Assembly: GCA_964291675.2 (NCBI GenBank)
Contig: OZ219866.1
Span: 1,440,001 to 1,504,000, forward strand
Direction: 5' to 3'
Source of the DNA: Alphaproteobacteria bacterium
GTDB lineage: Bacteria; Pseudomonadota; Alphaproteobacteria; MPNO01
DNA: 64,000 nt
Position numbers and translations under genes: made by a program. Of the stretch, positions 21,579 to 30,872 are shown piece by piece. Under the pieces are notes generated by a model. The model ran no database searches and was not told where the DNA came from. It saw nothing but the letters and a program-made list of their open reading frames with translations. How positions within the stretch are numbered: position 1 is the stretch's first letter; every line of letters begins with the position of its first letter.

Positions 21579-23941
21579 GTGTATTTCGGCCGGAGGCTGA
21601 GGCGCCGCGAGGACGACAAGTTCCTCAAGGGGCGCGGGCGGTTCGTCGACGACATCGAGCCGGCCGGCACGGCGCATATCGCCTTCGCCCGCTCGCCGCA
21701 CGCCCATGCCCGCATCCGCTCCATCGATCCCGCGCCGGCCGAGGCCCTGCCGGGCGTGCTCCGGGTGCTGACCGCCGCCGACTGGCAGGCGGCCGGGCTC
21801 GGCGCGCTCACCTGCGTCCACCCGATGCCGTTCTCCGACGGCAGGCCGATGAACGAGGCGCTGCGCCCGGCGCTCGCCTCCGGCAAGGTCCACCATGTCG
21901 GCGACGTGGTCGCGGCGGTGGTCGCCGACGACCGCTACGCCGCGCTCGACGGCGCCGAGGCGGTCGCGGTCGACTACGAGGCCTTGCCAGCGGTCACCGA
22001 CATCGCGCGCAGCCTCGATGCCGACGCGCCGGTCCTGCACGAGCGCTTCGGCTCCAATCTGATCTTCGAGATCGAGCGCGGCGACCGGGCGGCGACGGCG
22101 GCGGTCTTCGACGCGGCGCATCACACGGTCGCGTTGACGCTCGATACCCAGCGCGTCGCCGGCAGCCCGCTCGAGCCCCGCGCCTATCTGTCGGCGTTCG
22201 ACGAGGCGACCGGGGACATCACCCTGTGGGCGACCAGCCAGACGCCGCACTACCTGCGCCGCTGGCTCGCCAAATACGCGCTCCACGTGCCCGAGCACAA
22301 GCTGCGGGTCATCTCGCCCGATGTCGGCGGCGGGTTCGGGCTGAAATGCCATTTCGCGGTCGAGGTCCCGACCGTGGTCTGGGCCTCGATACTGCTCGGG
22401 CGCCCGGTCAAGTGGACCTCGACCCGGGCCGAGGCGCTGATGTCCGATGCCCAGGCGCGCGACCACCATACGAAGGCCCGCATGGCGTTCGACCGGGACG
22501 GCAGGATCCTCGCGCTCGAAATCGACACCATCGCGGCGCTCGGGGCGTATCTCTCGAACTTCGCGCCGAGCATTCCGGGCAATTCCTACCCGCAGACGGT
22601 GACCGGTCTCTACACCACGCCGAACCTGCATCTGCGGGTGCGCGGCGCCTACACCAACACGGTGCCGATCGACGCCTATCGGGGGTCGGGCCGGCCGGAG
22701 GCGACCTTCGTCAACGAACGCCTGCTGGAGAACGGCGCGCGCGAGCTCGGCATCGACGTGGCCGAGATCCGCCGGCGCAACCTGATCCCGGCCGAGTCCT
22801 TCCCCTACACCACGCCGGTCGGGCGCGCCTACGATTGCGGCGACCCGCCGGCGCTGTTCGACAAGCTGCTCGCCATCGCCGACTACGAGGGGCTGCGCGC
22901 GGAGCGGCGCCGGCTGCGGCAACAGGGCGTCCGGATGGGGATCGGCATCGCCTGCTTCCTCGACAAGTCGGGTACCGGGTCGAGCCGCAACCTCGCCAGC
23001 CGGGGCGGCCTGCATGGCGGGTACGAGAGCGCCATCGTGCGCGTCCATTCGGACGGCAAGGCGACCGTCTTCGTCGGCTCGCACAGCCACGGCCAGGGCC
23101 ACGACACCACGTTCTGCCAGATCGCCGCCGACCGCCTTGGGCTCCCCATCGAGGACATAGCCCTGGTCGAGGGCGACACCGGCAGCATCCCCTTCGGCAA
23201 CGGCACCTGGGGGTCGCGCTCGCTCTCGGTCGGCGGGGTGGCGATCGTGAAGGCGGCCGACCGGGTGATCGACAAGGCGCGGCGGCTCGCGGCGCACATG
23301 CTCGAATGCGCCGAGGAGGATCTGCTCTACGCGGACGCGACCTTCTCGGTGCGCGGCACCGACCGCCTTCTCGGCTTCGAAGACGTGGCCGACGCCGCCT
23401 ATCACGGGGCGGTGCTGCCGGCCGACGGCTCGATGGAGCCCGGGCTCGAGGAGACCGTGTTCTACGAGCCGCCCGACACCAACGACCCGCAGGCGATGCA
23501 CCTCGCCGTGGTCCTCGTCGAGCCGCGATCGGGCAAGGTGACGGTGCGCGACTACTTCACCGCCGACGATTGCGGCAACATCGTCAACCCGCTGATCGTC
23601 GAGGGGCAGGTGGTCGGCGGGCTCGCCCAGGGGCTCGGCCAGGCGCTGATGGAGCGCGTGGTCTATGACCAGGGCGCGGCGGGCCAGCTGTTCTCCGGCA
23701 CGCTGATGGACTATGCCCTGCCGCGCGCCTCCGACATGCCGGGGGTGCGGATGACCTTCCAGGAGACCCCGGCGCCGTCCAACCCGCTCGGCGTCAAGGG
23801 CGGCAGCGAGACCGGCACCATCGGCGCGCCGGCGGCGATCGGCAACGCGGTCGTCGATGCGCTGTGGGATCTCGGAGTCCGCCACGTGCGCCAGCCCTTC
23901 ACCCCCGACGCGGTGTGGCAGGCGCTGGAGGAGGCCGCCGA

Positions 23942-23945
<4 letters not shown>
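21579..23945 (+). CDS. Xanthine dehydrogenase/CoxL-family molybdopterin-binding subunit
   Basis: [37 protein letters not shown]. Confidence 0.92.
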
Positions 23946-24411
<466 letters not shown>

Positions 24412-24412
<1 letters not shown>

Positions 24413-25209
24413 TGCACCCCTACCGCTACCACCGCCCCGGCAATCCCGCCGACGCCGAGGAGGTTCTCGCCGGGGACGGGGACCGGCGCCCGCTGGCCGG
24501 CGGGATGAGCCTGATCCCGGTGATGAAGCACCGCCTGGCGGCGCCGTCGGACCTGGTCGACCTGGCCGAGATCGGCGGCCTGACCGGCATCACCGTCGAG
24601 CCCGCGACGCTCGCCGTCCGCGCGATGACCCGGCACGCGGCGGTGGCGGCCTCGCCGTCGGTCAAGGAGAGAATCCCGGCGCTCGCCACGCTCGCCGGCG
24701 GGATCGGCGATCCGCTGGTGCGCAACCGGGGGACCATCGGCGGCTCGCTCGCCAACAACGACCCCGCCGCCTGCTACCCCTCGGCGGTGCTGGCGCTCGA
24801 CGCGGAGATCGTCACGACCCGGCGGCGGATCGCGGCCGGCGGCTTCTTCGCCGGCATGTTCGAGACCGCGCTGGAGCCGGGCGAGCTGATCGTCGAGGTG
24901 CGGTTCCCGGTCCCCGCGGCCGCGAGCTACCGCAAGTTCCCCAACCCGGCGTCGCGGTTCTCCATCGTCGGGGTGTTCGTCGCCCGCCTCGTCGACGGCG
25001 CCGTGCGGGTGGCGGTCACCGGCGCCGGACCCTGCGTGTTCCGCATGCAGGCGTTCGAGCGCGCGCTCGCCGCCTCGTTCGACCCCGGCGCCCTTGCGGA
25101 GCATACGGTTGCGGCCGACGGGCTTACCTCCGACATCCACGGCAGCGCCGAGTACCGCGCGCATCTCATCAAGGTGCTGACCGAGGACGCGGTCGCCGAC
25201 TGCCTCTGA
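24412..25209 (+). CDS. FAD-binding medium subunit, CoxM-like
   Basis: LAGGMSLIP, VRNRGTIGGSLANNDP, DIHGSAEYR. Confidence 0.93.
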
Positions 25210-25217
25210 GCCGGGAG

Positions 25218-25330
25218 GCGCCCCTCGATACGGCGCTGACGCGCCTACTCGGGATGAGGAGGGGCCTTGAGCCGCCCCGCGCAACCCTCACCCTGAGTAG
25301 CCCGCCGAAGGCGGGCGTATCGAAGGGCGC
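25218..25330. repeat. Paired REP-like palindromic element
   Basis: CCCCTCGATACG...CTACTCGGGATGAGG followed by inverted CCTCACCCTGAGTAG...CGTATCGAAGGG; similar to 43594 and 62961. Confidence 0.75.
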
Positions 25331-25398
25331 GCCGGCGGTTCCGTCGAGGCCGGCTACGGACTAGACTCCGGCGGCTGGAGACATCGGGGGCCGACGCG

Positions 25399-26652
25399 AT
25401 GGACCGTCCCGGCTTCGATCGCATTCCCTACGCCTGGTATCGCGACGAGGCGCTGTACCGCCGCGAGATCGAGCGCATCTTCGAGGGCGAGACCTGGTGC
25501 TTCCTCGGGCTCGAAGCCGAAATTCCGAACCCGGGGGATTTCCGCCGCACCGTCATCGGCGAGGCGCCCGTCGTCTACAACCGGGCGCAGGACGGGCGGG
25601 TCCATGCCTTCGTCAACCGCTGCTCGCATCGTGGCGCGCTGATCCAGCGCGAGAATTTCGGCAACGTTTCCGCCCATGTCTGCCTCTACCACAGCTGGAC
25701 ATACGATCTGGCGGGCGATCTGGTCGCGGTTCCCCACCGTCACGGGGTCGGCGGCAGCCCGGGCATGCCGGACGATTTCGACATGGCCTGCCACGGGCTG
25801 AGGAAGCTCCGGGTCGACGGCGTCGACGGCGCCCTGTTCGCCACCTTCTCGGACAGCGTCGAGCCGCTCAGGGACTATCTCGGCCCGACCCACGTGGCCC
25901 ACTTGCAGCGCCTGTTCCGCGGCCCCGTCCGGGTGCTCGGCTACCAGCGCCAGTCGGTGCGCGGCAACTGGAAGGCCTATCTGGAGAACGTGCGCGACCA
26001 CTACCACGGCGCGCTGCTGCACGGCTTCCAGAGTACCTTCGGGATCAACCGCTCGACCCACGATTGCGGCTCGCGGATGGACCCGAAGCGCCGCCACAGC
26101 CTGCTGTTCGTCCGCCAGCCGCCGGAGGAGTACGAGAACGCGCCGCCGCCCGCGCTCGATCCGGGGCCGCCGCTTCCCCTCGCCGAGGCGGCGGAGGGTT
26201 CGCGGCTCTCGCTGCAGGATCCGCGGCTGCTCCACTTCGCGCGCGAGTTCGACGACGACCGCTCGACCACGATGTGCTCGATCTTCCCCAACAGCACCTT
26301 CCAGCAGATCCGCAACGCGCTCGCCGCCCGCCAGATCCGCCCGAAGGGGCCGGGCGCCTTCGACCTCGTCTTCACCATCTTCGGCTATCGGGACGACAGC
26401 GCCGAGATGACGGCGCACCGGCTGCGCCAGGCCAACATGGCCGGCCCCGCCGGCTATGTCTCGCTGGAGGACGCCGAGGCCCTCGAAGCCTGCCAGTCCG
26501 GCCACCGCGCCGGTGGGCCTGGGAATTCGGTGGTCGAGATGGGCGGGCGCGGGCCGATCCGGGACGGCGACCAAAAGCTCGACGACGTGATGATCCGCGG
26601 CTTCTGGTCCTATTACTGCGAGATCATGGGCCTCGACCCGCGCGAGGGTTGA
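25399..26652 (+). CDS. Aromatic ring-hydroxylating oxygenase alpha subunit (salicylate 5-hydroxylase/anthranilate dioxygenase-like)
   Basis: NRCSHRG...CLYH Rieske motif; NWKAYLENVRDHYHGALLH; GPAGYVSLED. Confidence 0.88.
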   Translation: MDRPGFDRIPYAWYRDEALYRREIERIFEGETWCFLGLEAEIPNPGDFRRTVIGEAPVVYNRAQDGRVHAFVNRCSHRGALIQRENFGNVSAHVCLYHSWTYDLAGDLVAVPHRHGVGGSPGMPDDFDMACHGLRKLRVDGVDGALFATFSDSVEPLRDYLGPTHVAHLQRLFRGPVRVLGYQRQSVRGNWKAYLENVRDHYHGALLHGFQSTFGINRSTHDCGSRMDPKRRHSLLFVRQPPEEYENAPPPALDPGPPLPLAEAAEGSRLSLQDPRLLHFAREFDDDRSTTMCSIFPNSTFQQIRNALAARQIRPKGPGAFDLVFTIFGYRDDSAEMTAHRLRQANMAGPAGYVSLEDAEALEACQSGHRAGGPGNSVVEMGGRGPIRDGDQKLDDVMIRGFWSYYCEIMGLDPREG

Positions 26653-26655
26653 GCG

Positions 26656-27123
26656 GTGGATGTCGCGCTGCGCCTGCAAGTGGAAGCCCTGATCGCCGAG
26701 GCCTCGGCGGCGCTCGACAACGAGGACTACCAGGCCTGGCTCGATCTGTTCCACGACGAGAGCGCGTACCGCATCGTGCCGCTGGAAAACCTCCGCCAGG
26801 GCCTGCCCGGCAGCGTGATGCTGTGCGAGACCAAGAAGGCGCTGAGCGATCGCATCGTCTCGCTCCTCAGGGCCAACACCTACAACCCGCACAGCGCGCG
26901 CCGCATCACCGGCCCGCCGAGGATTACGGCCTCCGGCGGCCCGATCGGGGCGGAGACCGCTTACGCCCTCTACCAGACCGATGTCGAGGGCGTCTCGCGG
27001 CTGTTCGCGGTCGGCTGCTACCGCGACACCATCGGGGCGTTCGGGGACACGCTCAAATTTCTCGACCGCATCGTCGTCCTCGACAGCTTCGCCATCCCCA
27101 CCCTGCTCGCCAAGCCGATCTGA
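26656..27123 (+). CDS. Ring-hydroxylating oxygenase beta subunit
   Basis: SnoaL-like 155 aa directly after the alpha subunit; YRIVPLEN, DRIVSL, IPTLLAKPI. Confidence 0.87.
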   Translation: MDVALRLQVEALIAEASAALDNEDYQAWLDLFHDESAYRIVPLENLRQGLPGSVMLCETKKALSDRIVSLLRANTYNPHSARRITGPPRITASGGPIGAETAYALYQTDVEGVSRLFAVGCYRDTIGAFGDTLKFLDRIVVLDSFAIPTLLAKPI

Positions 27124-27246
27124 GGCGGGCTTCCCGCCGGCCGCGCATTCTCCCCTTGGGGGAGACCGCAATCCTGCTACAATTTCCAGTTGTGGAACGG
27201 GCAGCCCGGCGCCGGTCGTGCCGGCGGCTCAAAGGGGGAAAGCATC

Positions 27247-27873
27247 ATGATCCGACTTCGGCACTGGCCGCTTCTCTGCCTGCTCGGGCTCGCACTCGCC
27301 GCGCCGGCCGACCGGGCGAAGGCCCAGGACGGCAACGGCGGCTACTACGCGAGCGCAATCGGGATGTTCCTCTTGCCGCTGGACTCCGAATGGAGCGAAG
27401 ACATCGCGGGCATCGAGTTCACGTCCGACCTCGGCACGGAGAACGGGGTTGGCGTCCTCGGGGCCCTGGGCTACAGCCTGGATATCGGGCTGCGGGGCGA
27501 AGTCGAGCTGGGCTATCGCAGATTCGGCCTCGACGAGCTCGAGGGAGACGAGGTCGATGGCATGTTCGACACCGTCAGCTTGATGACGAACGGGTTCTAC
27601 GACTTCGATCTCGGGCGGCTACGCCCCTATGTCGGCGGCGGCGTCGGTGCGGCGCGGCACGAGCTGGACATCGATTTGCCGCAGTCGAGAGAGACGGGAG
27701 CCACGATGGTACTGGCCTACCAGGCCATGTCCGGCCTCGGCTACTCTGTATCGGACAGCATCGACATCCATCTGGGGTACCGCTATTTCGGCACGACCGC
27801 GGGCGATTTCGGCGTCCCCAGCGTCACCTACGGCACGCACAGCTTCGAAGCCGGCATCCGGTTCCGCTATTGA
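27247..27873 (+). CDS. Outer-membrane beta-barrel protein (OmpA-like TM domain)
   Basis: Signal peptide ending AKA; LRGEVELGYR, PYVGGGVG, AYQAMSGLGY, LGYRYF, C-terminal GIRFRY. Confidence 0.85.
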   Translation: MIRLRHWPLLCLLGLALAAPADRAKAQDGNGGYYASAIGMFLLPLDSEWSEDIAGIEFTSDLGTENGVGVLGALGYSLDIGLRGEVELGYRRFGLDELEGDEVDGMFDTVSLMTNGFYDFDLGRLRPYVGGGVGAARHELDIDLPQSRETGATMVLAYQAMSGLGYSVSDSIDIHLGYRYFGTTAGDFGVPSVTYGTHSFEAGIRFRY

Positions 27874-27965
27874 CCCCCGGCACGCCTTTTCTTGCCGGGG
27901 AAAACCGCCGGTGCTAGCGTCGTGCCGGCGCGCCCGGGGGCGGGCGGCAAAGGGCGGAGGAAACG

Positions 27966-29003
27966 ATGGCGACGGATTCCGACGTGGTCGCGTTGTTCAG
28001 GAGGGAGCTCGAGCTCTGCGATGTGGGCCCGGGGACCAGCCTCGCCGTGTTCTCGGAAGGCGACGTGCGGGCGGAGCACGCGAGGGCGTTCCTCGCCGCC
28101 GCGTCCGAGCTCGAGGCCGATGCCTTCCAGGTCAATATCAGGAAGAAGCCCGGCAGCTTCTTCGGCCCGGGCAACTCGCTCAAGGGCAACGCGCCCGCGA
28201 TGGCGGCGCTGAAACGGGTCGACATTGTGGTCGACCTCGTCGGGCTGCTGTGGTCGAAGGAGCAGACCGAGATCACCGATGCCGGCCCGCGCATGCTGCT
28301 GGTGATCGAGCCGATCGAGGTGCTGCAGCGCATGGTGTCGAACCCCGGCGACCGCAGGCGGGTGGAGGCGGGCTCGGCCCGGCTGGCCGGGGCGAAGGAG
28401 CTCCGCATCACCTCGCCCGGCGGCACCGACGTCACCTACCGGCTCGGCGACTACCGGATCGGCGAGCAGTACGGCTATACCGACGAGCCCGGGCGCTGGG
28501 ACCACTGGCCGGGTGTGTTCCTCTACACCGCGGCGGTGGAGGAGGGTGTCGACGGCACCGTGGTGATCGACACCGGCGACCAGCTGCTGCTGCCGACGAT
28601 GCGCTATGTCGTCGACCCGATCACCCTCACCGTCGAGCGCGGCATGATCGCCGACATCGCCGGCGACGGGCTCGACGCCGAGCTGCTGCGGAGTTTTATG
28701 GCAAGCTACGACGACCCGCGGGCCTACGCGATCTCGCATATCGGCTGGGGGCTCGATCCGCGGGCGCGCTGGGACTTCATGGGCACCGACCCGGCCGCCG
28801 CGAACTCCACCGGCCAGGACGGGCGCGCGTTCTACGGCAACGTGCTGTTCTCCACCGGCCCCAACACCGAGGTCGGCGGCGACAACGACACGCTGTGCCA
28901 TATCGACATCCCGCTCAAGGGCTGCACGCTGACGCTGGACGGCGAGAGCATCGTCGAGAACGGGCGCATCGTGCCGGACGACATGCGCATCGAGGGGCGC
29001 TGA
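27966..29003 (+). CDS. 2,5-dihydroxypyridine 5,6-dioxygenase (NicX)-like protein, M29 peptidase fold
   Basis: DEPGRWDHWP, YAISHIGWGL, GNVLFSTGPNTE, CHIDIP resemble NicX/leucyl aminopeptidase-like family. Confidence 0.72.
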   Translation: MATDSDVVALFRRELELCDVGPGTSLAVFSEGDVRAEHARAFLAAASELEADAFQVNIRKKPGSFFGPGNSLKGNAPAMAALKRVDIVVDLVGLLWSKEQTEITDAGPRMLLVIEPIEVLQRMVSNPGDRRRVEAGSARLAGAKELRITSPGGTDVTYRLGDYRIGEQYGYTDEPGRWDHWPGVFLYTAAVEEGVDGTVVIDTGDQLLLPTMRYVVDPITLTVERGMIADIAGDGLDAELLRSFMASYDDPRAYAISHIGWGLDPRARWDFMGTDPAAANSTGQDGRAFYGNVLFSTGPNTEVGGDNDTLCHIDIPLKGCTLTLDGESIVENGRIVPDDMRIEGR

Positions 29004-29010
29004 CCGCGCC

Positions 29011-29934
29011 CTAACCCAGGGAGAGCCTCGCCAGAAACCCCTCCAGCGCGGCGTGGCAGGCGTCGGGGCGCTCGATCTGGAGCAGGTGGCTGGTGTCGGC
29101 GATCGGCGTCCAGGCGATGCCGTGGTCTTCCCGCATCGCCCGCCCGACCTTGCCGGGGGCGAGCGCGCCGGGGGCGTCGGGATCGGACGAGATGAAGACC
29201 AGCGGCCCGGCGAGCTCGCCGAGGCGCGGGCAGAGGTCGAGCCCGGCATTGGTGCGGTAGACCCGGGACTCGCCCTCGCGCGGGCAGCACAGGACCACGC
29301 CTCCCTCCGGGTCTTCGCGGGTGATCGCGCGCGCCATCAGCGCGTGCGCGCCCTCGACCCAGCGGGCCAGGCTCTTCGACCGGGCGAAGCGCGCGGCGAG
29401 CTCCATCGCGTCGGCGAAGCGGTCGGGCCGCGACGCCGCCCAGTCGGCGAGGCCGAGCTCGAAGCCCCGCGCCACCTCATGCGCCCGGTGGCCGGGCGAG
29501 GGGATCAGCGGCGGGTCGAACAGCGCCAGCGCGTCCCAGCGCCAGCCATGATCGAGCGCATGCCAGATCGCGGTGACCGCCGAGATCGAGTGGAACACGC
29601 CGACCGTCGGCTTGGCGCCGAAATGCGCCGGGATCAGCTCGACCAGCCGGTCCATGTCGGCGACGAAGGCGGGCACGTCGTGGCGCCCGACCTCGTGGCG
29701 CGGGTTGCGGCCGTGGTTGCGCTGGTCGTAGATCGCGAGATCGTAGCGCTCCGCGAGCAGGCGCCAGAACGGGTAATAGGCGTCGATGGCGAAGCCGTTG
29801 CCATGCGCCATCACCAGCCGGGGTCCGGCGGGGTTGCCGTGCCGGCGCACCCGGATGACGGCGCCGTCCTGCATCTCCGCGTCGAACGAGGCGGCCGGTT
29901 CTGGGACGCGGAATATGTCGGGCGGCGCGGTCAT
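29011..29934 (-). CDS. Alpha/beta hydrolase
   Basis: HGNGF, DQRNHG, VFHSISA nucleophile elbow, TSHLLQ. Confidence 0.85.
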   Translation of the reverse strand: MTAPPDIFRVPEPAASFDAEMQDGAVIRVRRHGNPAGPRLVMAHGNGFAIDAYYPFWRLLAERYDLAIYDQRNHGRNPRHEVGRHDVPAFVADMDRLVELIPAHFGAKPTVGVFHSISAVTAIWHALDHGWRWDALALFDPPLIPSPGHRAHEVARGFELGLADWAASRPDRFADAMELAARFARSKSLARWVEGAHALMARAITREDPEGGVVLCCPREGESRVYRTNAGLDLCPRLGELAGPLVFISSDPDAPGALAPGKVGRAMREDHGIAWTPIADTSHLLQIERPDACHAALEGFLARLSLG

Positions 29935-30872
29935 GGGGCGAGTCCGTGTTCGGCGAGGAAGCTCTCCACCAGCGCGAAGCAGCGCTCGGGCTCTTCGAGC
30001 TGCAGCAGATGGCTGGTATCGGGCACGCAGGCGTAGTCGATGCCGTGGGTCTTGCAGAACTTCGCGCAGCAGGGCGCGGTGATCGGCGCATCCGCCGGCT
30101 CCGGGTCCGCTCCCACGATCAGGAGCGGGCGCTCGGGCCGGCCGGCCAGCTGCCAGATCGGCAGCGTCGCGACCTCCGTATAGAGGTCCGCCTCGACCGG
30201 CCCCGGGCAGCAGAGCAGCCAGTCCCCGGCCGCGGCATCGAAGCGCAGCGTCGAGGCCGCGATCAGCTCTGCTACCCCCCTCCTGAGGCGGCGGAACCGG
30301 TGCAGATAGCGGTACACGTCGGCGATCTCGTCGGGGTCGGAAAACCGGTTCTTGCGGATCAGGGCCGCGTTGCGCAGCGTCTCGGCCTCGGCCAGCAACC
30401 GTGCGCGCAAGGGGTCGCCCTCGGGCGGCGCCACCGGCGGGTCGAACAGCACCAGCGCATCCCAGTGCCAGACGCCGTCGACGACCGCGAGCAGCGCGGC
30501 GACCGCCGACATCGAATGGAACACGCCGATGGTGGTCTTCTCGCCCCATTCCCGGGCAATCGCCGGGTGGATCGCCGCGTTGTCGCCCGCGAAGCGGCGA
30601 TAGTCGTGCGGTTGCGCCGCATGGAACGGGTTGCGCCCGCAATTTCGGAAATCGAAAAGCACCAGGTCGAAGCGTTGCAGCATCGGCCGCCAGAACGGGA
30701 AGTAGGCATCGCTCGCGAAGCCGTTGCCGTGGCTCAGCACGATGCGCGGCCCGGACGGGTTGCCGTGGCGCAGAACGCGGATCGGCGCGCTGTCGTCCAT
30801 CGCCAGGTCGAGCGCGGCCGAAGGCTGCGGCAGGACGAACCCGGCCGCGTCCGAGGGGGCGGGCGCCGTCAC
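29931..30872 (-). CDS. Alpha/beta hydrolase (tandem paralog)
   Basis: HGNGF, DFRNCG, VFHSMSA, TSHLLQ; GTG start overlapping the upstream stop. Confidence 0.85.
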   Translation of the reverse strand: MTAPAPSDAAGFVLPQPSAALDLAMDDSAPIRVLRHGNPSGPRIVLSHGNGFASDAYFPFWRPMLQRFDLVLFDFRNCGRNPFHAAQPHDYRRFAGDNAAIHPAIAREWGEKTTIGVFHSMSAVAALLAVVDGVWHWDALVLFDPPVAPPEGDPLRARLLAEAETLRNAALIRKNRFSDPDEIADVYRYLHRFRRLRRGVAELIAASTLRFDAAAGDWLLCCPGPVEADLYTEVATLPIWQLAGRPERPLLIVGADPEPADAPITAPCCAKFCKTHGIDYACVPDTSHLLQLEEPERCFALVESFLAEHGLAP

